A stretch of 64,000 nucleotides of DNA from Balanoglossus misakiensis (Eukaryota; Animalia; Hemichordata). The notes under the pieces are model-generated. The model ran no database searches. It was not told the DNA's origin and saw nothing but the letters and a program-made list of their open reading frames with translations. The position numbers and the translations under genes were made by a program. Of this stretch, positions 13,344-21,489 are shown piece after piece. How positions within the stretch are numbered: position 1 is the first letter of the stretch; each line of letters opens with the position of its first letter. The DNA is taken from positions 11,959,262 to 12,023,261 of the forward strand of contig CM082587.2 of the NCBI GenBank assembly GCA_040954595.2, written 5' to 3'.

Positions 13344-15133
13344 TGCATTCCTGGCCCTGGTTTTATTTATGTTTACAGACAATATTGCATTTTTGTACAA
13401 GTATTTTAATCAACTATAAATTTTGAATGTGTCATTTACCTGAACCGGTCATGTTGACCAGAATGATACATTTCTGCCTTCACTCACCCTATAAATATGT
13501 GATTGAGACATAGGTCATTTGCATAAGCTAACATACCAGAAAGTAAGCATATCTGTTGTTTTCCCTGTGTCACTGCCATCAAAGTAAAAATTAGACGTTG
13601 TGTAGAGCAAACTCCAATTTTTTGTTCTCAATAAACATGGATGAATTACATAGAATGTGTTTGTTGTTTACAGTCTTTAAATGACACATTAGATTATGCA
13701 CTTTACAAAACGTTTCTGAGAAACAAGTGACTAACTAGTTTCTTTCCACTGTGGCCAACGTGGTTCACTGTTTGTGTCAGAATCTCTCTGTTTTGCAAGG
13801 ATTTTGAAATCATAGTGGTGACATGCATAGTGAAAATCAGCTACTTTCAAATGTCCGTCATGTTCATGCTGTAATTGAATTTTCAAAGCTGGGCTGGCGT
13901 GTTTTTTCTTATTTACATAAGTATCACACTTTATACATGTATCTTCATGGGGTTTTTTGAGTCCCGTATTTAGGTCCTCTCTCACAATTTTACGAAATAT
14001 CGTATAACTGACAGTTGTTCTTCCCAGAAGAGATTGGTTGGTTATGAACTCTCGGTGTAACTGCGATATACTGTGGTCCGGCGCCAGGTACGGTTTAAAT
14101 CGAGGATTCCTGCAGTAGTGAGATTCTACAATTCTGTGCCTGCGTACGTGTTCAGTGATATCAGTCAGCAAATTTGGATTGAGTTTCCGACGATGCCCTT
14201 TGTGTCGGCCCCTTGCATCTGGCATCAGACCAGTAAAGTTCCATGTGCATTCCTGGCCCTGGTTTTATTTATGTTTACAGACAATATTGCATTTTTGTAC
14301 AAGTATTTTAATCAACTATAAATTTTGAATGTGTCATTTACCTGAACCGGTCATGTTGACCAGAATGATACATTTCTGCCTTCACTCACCCTATAAATAT
14401 GTGATTGAGACATAGGTCATTTGCATAAGCTAACATACCAGAAAGTAAGCATATCTGTTGTTTTCCCTGTGTCACTGCCATCAAAGTAAAAATTAGACGT
14501 TGTGTAGAGCAAACTCCAATTTTTTGTTCTCAATAAACATGGATGAATTACATAGAATGTGTTTGTTGTTTACAGTCTTTAAATGACACATTAGATTATG
14601 CACTTTACAAAACGTTTCTGAGAAACAAGTGACTAACTAGTTTCTTTCCACTGTGGCCAACGTGGTTCACTGTTTGTGTCAGAATCTCTCTGTTTTGCAA
14701 GGATTTTGAAATCATAGTGGTGACATGCATAGTGAAAATCAGCTACTTTCAAATGTCCGTCATGTTCATGCTGTAATTGAATTTTCAAAGCTGGGCTGGC
14801 GTGTTTTTTCTTATTTACATAAGTATCACACTTTATACATGTATCTTCATGGGGTTTTCTGAGTCCCGTATTTAGGTCCTCTCTCACAATTTTACGAAAT
14901 ATCGTATAACTGACAGTTGTTCTTCCCAGAAGAGATTGGTTGGTTATGAACTCTCGGTGTAACTGCGATATACTGTGGTCCGGCGCCAGGTACGGTTTAA
15001 ATCGAGGATTCCTGCAGTAGTGAGATTCTACAATTCTGTGCCTGCGTACGTGTTCAGTGATATCAGTCAGCAAATTTGGATTGAGTTTCCGACGATGCCC
15101 TTTGTGTCGGCCCCTTGCATCTGGCATCAGACC
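13330..15133. repeat. 902-bp tandem duplication (13330-14231 / 14232-15133) of the 3' part of the minus-strand gene and its downstream region
   Basis: ORF ends 13731 and 14633 differ by 902; AGT microhomology at the junction; two substitutions noticed between the copies. Confidence 0.95.
13731..14225 (-). pseudogene. 5'-truncated duplicate (164 aa) of the transposase N-terminal-half gene
   Basis: Identical to the last 164 aa of 14633-15589 except one R>K change; created by the 902-bp duplication. Confidence 0.85.
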
Positions 15134-15589
15134 AGTTGAACAGTGCATCATTTTGCTTAGAACGGTTCTAGTCCGCCTCTCACTAATGCCAAATAATTTC
15201 AGGAATGCATTTTTGCAGACAGTAACCGTTTCACCGCCTTCATTCACCAGGTGATAACGAACCGATTTCTTGTGTGACTTCATCTGTATATCCATCAGTT
15301 TGTAGAGCATCAAGTTCTGTTCATTATACACGCGACCATCAAAATATTTTCTCGTGGTGCCTAAAACATGCGTACTCCCAAGCTTCCGCAGACAATTCCC
15401 TTGAACGCAGGCGCATTCCAAGGAAAGACTGTCAATATCTGGAAAAGGGCGATTTTTCCTTGGTTTTTGTCTCGGACACGTCTTTTTAGAATTCCTACGT
15501 GGCTTGTTGGCTCGAGCTGACAGTTCGGTTCTGCGTTGCTGCCACACAGGAATGGGTTCCCACGCATAAGCAACTCCCCGGCAGGCCAT
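14633..15589 (-). CDS. Transposase N-terminal half (Cys/His-rich putative DNA-binding region, Sola1-like), 318 aa from the first ATG
   Basis: Motifs CxC(4)C, VCKNAFLKLFGIS, DARGRH, ESHYCR, PYL, YxIF, PHEDTCIKCD and H..H...A occur in the order I recognise from N-terminal halves of Sola1-type transposases; intronless; minus-strand AATAAA at 14264-14269. Confidence 0.8.
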   Translation of the reverse strand: MACRGVAYAWEPIPVWQQRRTELSARANKPRRNSKKTCPRQKPRKNRPFPDIDSLSLECACVQGNCLRKLGSTHVLGTTRKYFDGRVYNEQNLMLYKLMDIQMKSHKKSVRYHLVNEGGETVTVCKNAFLKLFGISERRTRTVLSKMMHCSTGLMPDARGRHKGHRRKLNPNLLTDITEHVRRHRIVESHYCRNPRFKPYLAPDHSISQLHREFITNQSLLGRTTVSYTIFRKIVREDLNTGLRKPHEDTCIKCDTYVNKKKHASPALKIQLQHEHDGHLKVADFHYACHHYDFKILAKQRDSDTNSEPRWPQWKETS

Positions 15590-15760
15590 GGTCACAGCTG
15601 AAGTATTTGTTCAAGTACTGACTGACTAAACGCGGCATGGAACAAACGAACGAACGAACGAACGACTTCACGTTCGGAAAAAAAATCGTTGCGAGCTGTT
15701 GGGTGCCTCTATAGTTGTCGGCAACCGTTCTTTTTTATTGCTAAACAATGCTGTCAGAGC
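15590..15760. promoter_or_regulatory. Putative bidirectional promoter between the two transposase halves, containing a short (GAAC)n tract
   Basis: 171 bp between divergent ATGs; GAAC repeats at ~15640-15666; promoter function inferred from geometry only. Confidence 0.55.
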
Positions 15761-16774
15761 ATGGAAGGTGTGGTGGAAAACGAACAGAGGTTTTGTACGA
15801 CCAACGATTGGATGGTGCTACATATGGACTTCCACAAGTCATTGCCGGTTCCTAAACTCAGCTCTGAAGACTTTTACTTTAAATCGAAATTGCAAATGAA
15901 GCTCCTTGGAATTTACAACGGGACAACGGAAAAGATGCATTGTTATGTATGGACAGAGCTCGATAGCAGAAAGTCTCCCGATGAAGTTATTACCTGTCTA
16001 AATCACTTTTTTTATAACTCGGGTGTGACCAGCAGACATGCAGTTATTTACAGCGACAACTGCCGTGCCGAATTCAAGTGTGGGAAGTTAATGTTTTACT
16101 ATGACTATCTGTTACGAAAGGGCGTGTTTCGACGAATTGACTATAAAACTCTTGTGGCTGGACACACGTACTCCACCTGTGACCGAGTTTTTGCGTCCAT
16201 TGAAAGGCATGCAAGTCGTTTCCAGAGTATAGAGACACCTCACGATTGGACATCTGTGATTCGAGGATCTTCTCTGAATGGGAACATTGGAGTTACGGAG
16301 ATGACTCACAGAGACTTTTTCAATTATTCTGATTTCCTGAAAAATGAGTACGTTGTGCGTTATGCAGATACAAACAATGTAACTTTTTACTACCAAGCCA
16401 TGCACTATTTTAATTTTGGAGAAGGAGAAAGGCTTGATACCGACGGCAACCTCAGAACATTTAGTCATGCAGATAAAGTTTGGGTGAGAACATCTCTAGA
16501 TCCAAGCGAGACCCCGATTGTAGTCGACTTTAGAAAGAAGAAGCAGAACCGGCGTTTACAAGATTGTACGCTGAACAAACTTTATCAGGAACGTCGACCA
16601 CTGGCGAGCAAAGTTTGGCGGGATCTTCAGAGTTTAGCCAAAAATTACCTGTCTCCGGAGGCAATAGAATTTTATAGGAATCTACCGCTTCAGGAGAGTA
16701 GTGGCACCTCTGCAGACCCGTACGCCTTTCATGATGATGACGACGACGATGATGATGATATGGGCGGTGGTTGA
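15761..16774 (+). CDS. Transposase catalytic half (RNase H-fold DDD core, Sola1-like), 337 aa from the first ATG, with acidic tail
   Basis: MDFHKSLPVPKL, FYFKSKL, CYVWTE, EVITCL, YSDNC and GHTYSTCDRVFASIE supply three candidate catalytic Asp; ATTAAA at 16875 followed by a GT-rich tract. Confidence 0.85.
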   Translation: MEGVVENEQRFCTTNDWMVLHMDFHKSLPVPKLSSEDFYFKSKLQMKLLGIYNGTTEKMHCYVWTELDSRKSPDEVITCLNHFFYNSGVTSRHAVIYSDNCRAEFKCGKLMFYYDYLLRKGVFRRIDYKTLVAGHTYSTCDRVFASIERHASRFQSIETPHDWTSVIRGSSLNGNIGVTEMTHRDFFNYSDFLKNEYVVRYADTNNVTFYYQAMHYFNFGEGERLDTDGNLRTFSHADKVWVRTSLDPSETPIVVDFRKKKQNRRLQDCTLNKLYQERRPLASKVWRDLQSLAKNYLSPEAIEFYRNLPLQESSGTSADPYAFHDDDDDDDDDMGGG

Positions 16775-17092
16775 ACAAACTGTCCTTTTCATGACGACAG
16801 TGATTTTGGATATTTGATGTGCGTGCACAGTTTATATGTAATATTTTCACACGAACGAGTTTTGACTGAATTTGATTAAAGAATGTACTCGATAATTAAC
16901 AAATGTGCTGAATCGTGGTTATTATGTTGTTAATTTTTGTTTGTTTGTTTGTTTGTTTGTAAACAATTTCCGTTCATTCAACTGGCTACAAAGTTGGATT
17001 TTTGTACTGGGAAGCGATAAACTCGCACATCAAAACCGGGGAGACTCGATCATTTTTCCCTGCAGGTAGCCTGAAAAGCACCCGGGCAGAGA

Positions 17093-17166
17093 TTACGTCA
17101 TATATGGTCCACTTTAATACGAAATTATGCAAATGTGACATTTCACGGAAACGGCGTATATAAAAG
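17093..17166 (+). promoter_or_regulatory. Pol II promoter of the SET gene: CRE-like TTACGTCA (17093), octamer ATGCAAAT (17127), TATA box TATATAAAAG (17157)
   Basis: Consensus motifs clustered ~90-165 bp upstream of the ATG at 17258. Confidence 0.6.
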
Positions 17167-17257
17167 CGACCCTGGGCTATTGTTCGGAATGCGTCATCGA
17201 CGAGAGAGTGACTGATAATTCTTCTACCTCGAGTCAACCATTCTGTATATACTGAAC

Positions 17258-18584
17258 ATGGCTAGCTGGCGCAGGAAGAGACAAGGCAATGTGCGGTCTG
17301 TAATCAACGAACGGCACCGCTCAGTTCAGTGTCCCTTTCTTCAAAAGTGGATCGGTGAGCAATTGGTATTTTCAGGTCGTTCAGAGGATGAAGTCCAGTC
17401 CAGTACTGTATTTGAGAGCTACAAATGTTGGGTTGAAAACTATTCGTCGGCGGACAATCAAGTAATGATTATGGTTACTAAAGCTCGATTTTTCAAGGTG
17501 AGAATGATCGCATTTTTCTTCCCCCCCCCCCTCCCTCCCCCAAGGGACTCGTTTTCTGTCTCTTTTAAACCTGTAACTTAACGAAAAGGAAGTTTTTCAC
17601 ATATCTCTTTGTTGACACTATAGCAATTTGGAGCGCGGATGCTTCAAGAGAATAGCGTTACCAAATCAAAGTCGGCCGGGGTTAATATTTATAGAGGTGT
17701 TCGTCTGAAAGCTGGTTCGCGAAGAATCTCAACGGGGAAACCTGAGCACAGTGTACTTCAGACCAGGGCAAGGGCATTTCTTGATGACGCCAGCGTGACC
17801 GTTCCGATCGAGGTAAGAATGGTGTTTTGTTTGGACTAGGACAATAGAACGTTGCAATGAGTGTGTCAATGGGTGTCCAAGTGCAAACGTGGTCGGCTTC
17901 TGTCCACAAATGCCATTAATTTTAGGCAGGATTTATAAAATTGTCAATGAAGAATACAAAAATGAAAAACAATAGTTAATAGCAAACGGGTAGGATTGCA
18001 AGGGCTTGTAAAACGGTACACACTGTACCAGGAAGTTTGCAACACTAATGAAGAATGTATATGATATATTTAGGTGAGAACTGTTCGCGATCGCCGGGAC
18101 GCAGGACGGTGCGCGTTTTCGACGAGGGATCTTCAAGCCTGGAACGTCGTCTGCGAATACCGGGGCACGGTTATTAGCGTTGAAGAAGCTAGTCGGCGTG
18201 ATGAACTTTACAGGGCAGAGGGGAAACGACCACGCATGTTTCATCTCTACATTGGAAAGAGACACGTTGTGTGAGTGTATCACTTAGTCGAATATATGGT
18301 CATATATTGCAAAGCATCTGTCGAAATAGAAAACGTAATATTGTCTATATTTTCCTCATTAACGCAGCATTGACGGATACGATGTCCCAGCCGGTGAAGA
18401 AAATTTAGCGGGCCTAATAAATCACAGTCAGCAGAACGCCAACTTGGTACCGGTTCGGATCGGAGAGCGCCTGGTTTTCTTTGCAACCAGGAATCTTTGT
18501 CAGGGAGTAGAGCTTTTGTATGATTACGGTGACGGGGGTGAAGAGGATTTCTTCAGTGGTTCTCAAACTTTTCCTGAAAATTAA
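17258..18584 (+). CDS. Winged-helix + SET-domain lysine methyltransferase (PR-Set7/SETD8-like), 280 aa; exons 17258-17497, 17624-17812, 18074-18270, 18368-18584
   Basis: Three GT-AG introns (phases 0, 0, 2) splice to one open frame with GRCAF, VCEYRG, VIDG, AGLINHS and ELLYDYGD motifs and no post-SET cysteines; the N-terminus resembles RFX/D5-type winged helix. Confidence 0.9.
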
Positions 18585-19492
18585 GGCATTAACACATCAA
18601 CGCTTCGGGATGTCGTAACGGCGGCAAGGCGGGGGGGGGGGGGGGGGGGGCGTGAAAATGTTTGTATCAGGAACAAAATTCCCGTGCAAATCACCTTGAT
18701 CCGGGTGGGTGGACTATTCGCGACAAATGTTGAAATCATACAAAGCATTTTACTTAATTAACCCATTTTTTTCATTTATTTGTTTACAGTTTACAACGTC
18801 ATAGAGAAGTTGAACTAGAGACTGGATCAGCGTGGGTGACACCATAGTACACCAATGTTTTCTTCAGTTTGATTCAATTGTAATTTAAAACTGAGATTGC
18901 CTAACGCTTTCCCAGATTTTTTTAACCACTGAGAAACTGTGGGTTTTTTTCTGGGTTTTGGTGCGAGGTGATCTCAGTCAGTGGTGTTAATTTAATTAAT
19001 CATTTTCTTTTCCTATTTACGTCGACTGAAATGTATTTTGATAGGTGATAGTCATACCATAAAAAAATCTTACGGCGCGACTGCCAAAATGTACATTTAT
19101 TTGTCCGTTCCAAGTTATTTTGTGTATGTGTGATGGGTGCCGGTGACTGTGCAGGGTTGATTTCCCTAGAGCGACTGTTATATTCGTTTTCCAACGATGA
19201 TGAATTTACATGTTATTTGCTTGGCATTTTGACGCAGAGACACTTCTGAAAACACAAACCTATTAATTATGCCACGGGTGTAAATTGATCACATTAAAAG
19301 AGGCTTTAGACGTTTGCCGCGAGCTCCTGGTGGGCAGAATCTTGTCAGCCCAAATTTGACTATAAGTACATAGCCAATGATGTGACGCTCTCCCACATCC
19401 TTCGCCGCGCCTTTTCGCTGATTTACAGCATCTTGCGTAAACACTGTCATTTGATCTTGCTTGGCAGAAGTCAACTTGCTCTATACTACATT

Positions 19493-19858
19493 ATGGCGGC
19501 CAAGCTCAACTGCATATCAGATAATGCCAAGGAGCGTTTGAGAGGCATCCTCGCCAGAAGGAGTCGCGTTTCCGGTGACTGTGTGCTCTGGACGGGTGCA
19601 GCTTGTCGAAACGGCTATGGCTCTATTACGTTCAGAGATGAGAACACTCTAACCGCCTATGTCCATCACATTGCACTCCTAATTAACGGAGTGCAATTGG
19701 TGGGCAGGCGGTTAGAGTGTTCTCATCTTTGCAACGAAAAGCTATGCATCCGCCCAGAGCACATTGTCCAGGAAACGCGACTCCTAAACATTTCACGAAA
19801 GACGTGCTTTAAATCCCCAAAAGGGGAGTGTCACCACGATCCCAGGTGCCTAAGGTGA
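19493..19858 (+). CDS. His-Me finger endonuclease, His-Cys box / I-PpoI-like zinc-binding loop type, 121 aa (may be spliced at 19855)
   Basis: CVLWTG, GYG, YVHH, SHLCNEKLCIRPEH, E(4)N(2)R(2)C and CHHDPRC motifs; ATG at 19493; AG|GTGAGT overlaps the stop codon. Confidence 0.88.
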   Translation: MAAKLNCISDNAKERLRGILARRSRVSGDCVLWTGAACRNGYGSITFRDENTLTAYVHHIALLINGVQLVGRRLECSHLCNEKLCIRPEHIVQETRLLNISRKTCFKSPKGECHHDPRCLR

Positions 19859-20110
19859 GTAATCCTCTTCTCATTTGATATGTATTGTGTGACCCTGCAG
19901 TTGAAACGCTTTCATCAATAATTTGCGGCGCGTGGGTAATCTCGGTGTTATTGACAATGCAGCCGGCCCAAACATTTTTAAATTAACACTGTTTCTGACT
20001 GTATTAACGAAATGTCCAATTTGCAAGTAGCCTATAGACAACCCTTTTGAATGAGTTTTGTCTCGTTGAGATTTTATACATAAGGAACAATCTAGATTTA
20101 TTTTAGAAGA

Positions 20111-20529
20111 CACTGTTCTTTTAAAACAGCTAGCATAATACAGCTAAATTTCGGAATTTCCGGACAATTTTCGGAATTCCTTTTAAATTTGAGAAATTTT
20201 TCATCAGATATAAGTGTTACTATTTATTGGACATGTTTTTATCATTGTTTACTTTTTAAGGTCATTCTCATCCCCCCCCCCCCCCCAAAAAAAAAGCCGC
20301 TTTAGGCTTCATGTTCAGTAAAAAATCTGGAAAGTTCAGCTGAATTTTACACTGATCACACATTTTTGGGAAGGTCTGGCGCAAAATAAAGGATGACAAA
20401 TGTAAATCTAATGTCACATTTGTAAACCTCTAAGTATTGTACACTCATTCTATTAAGTATATGCAAATAGTACGGATAATTTTTTCGGAATGTGGAATTC
20501 CGAAATTAGTTCGGAACGTGTTAGCAGTG
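20111..20529. mobile_element. Possible degenerate nested non-autonomous element (CACTG...CAGTG, flanked by AAGA)
   Basis: 5-bp inverted termini, 4-bp AAGA direct repeat on both sides, and inverted subterminal TTTCGGAATT motifs. Confidence 0.4.
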
Positions 20530-20840
20530 AAGAGATCACCACTGAGGGTTGGAAGGCCTTGCCAGAAATTAACGCGTAAAGTACGCCCTCACAGGCCATG
20601 TAAACAAGGTCAAATAAGGCCGTCTGGCAAACGAATGATTAATTCAACGCGCCATTTGAGCCGAGCTGAGTTGGTCTGAGTTGCGTATCACACAGACTTA
20701 GGCTGAATGTCAGTGGAGTAACCAGTCCGTTTTAGATTTACCAATGATGTGAATTTAATTTCTTCACCCAGAAAAACAGAACACAACTTGTCTGCAACAT
20801 GATGCTGGAGGTGACACATGACAGAGAAGTGGATCCGCGT

Positions 20841-21175
20841 TGTCAACACAGATGCCAGCATTCAAAAGGGGAGTGCCACCTGCTAAAATCAACTCATCTG
20901 CTGTTGGCCCATTTTACCTGTGGCAACTGTTCAGAGGAGACAACGTTTATTCCGTGCAAGCCAACACGCAATGTTGGGGTCTACCTGTCAACACAGATGC
21001 AAGCATTCATGTGAGTGAGTATCAGGACTGACCTTGTTTTGCTGAATAATTCATAATGCCTATTTTAGAATTCTTAGAGGCATTTGGAGTTCATTGCCTG
21101 GTCAACCAAACTACACCCCTTAACAGCTGAAACAAAATGCGTATTGTGTTCATTCATTCATTGCTTCAATATATA
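20841..21175 (+). repeat. Diverged, B-less homologue of satellite unit A inside the cassette
   Basis: Colinear shared blocks CACCTG, AACTCATCTGCTGT, GAGGAGA, CACAGATGC.AGCATTCAT, GAGTGAGT, TGCCTATT.TAGA, CATTG.CTGGTCA and TTCATTCATTCATTGC. Confidence 0.85.
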
Positions 21176-21489
21176 TAGGCAACATGAGTATCAAGTAGCA
21201 CTATTTGTTTACGATTGTATTCATGAAAACTTCCCACTAACAATTCCACAGTTAATATTGAACACATTTATCCAACAAGGTCAAAAGAAAAAGGGAATCT
21301 TCTGGTTCCAAAATACGCCACAAATGTGGGTCAACATACAGTGAAATATTATGGTGCTCAAATATGCAACATATCAAATCTGTCTCATCAAAGTCATGCT
21401 TTAAAAAAGAATTGAAAAGGTATTATTTATCCATTTGACTGCTGTATTTTCAGAAGGAAAACAAACTGAATTTGGTTTTTCATGTACAA

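Noticed and set aside
14073-17237. Short antisense or overlapping ORFs (e.g. 14073, 15057, 15274, 16112, 16530, 16986)
   Set aside because: Shadows of the real genes or of promoter sequence; no motifs
17258-18274. 107-, 66- and 66-aa ORFs as separate genes
   Set aside because: They are exons 1-3 of the spliced SET gene reading into introns
18631-18650. G20 run, plus the C15 run at ~20272 and (TTTG)n at ~16936, as functional elements
   Set aside because: Simple sequence; the G and C runs vary in length between copies and are useful only as copy markers
13344-21489. LTR retrotransposon, Helitron or viral identity for the cassette
   Set aside because: No RT, Rep/helicase, polymerase or capsid ORFs are visible, and the DDD motifs do not resemble retroviral integrase
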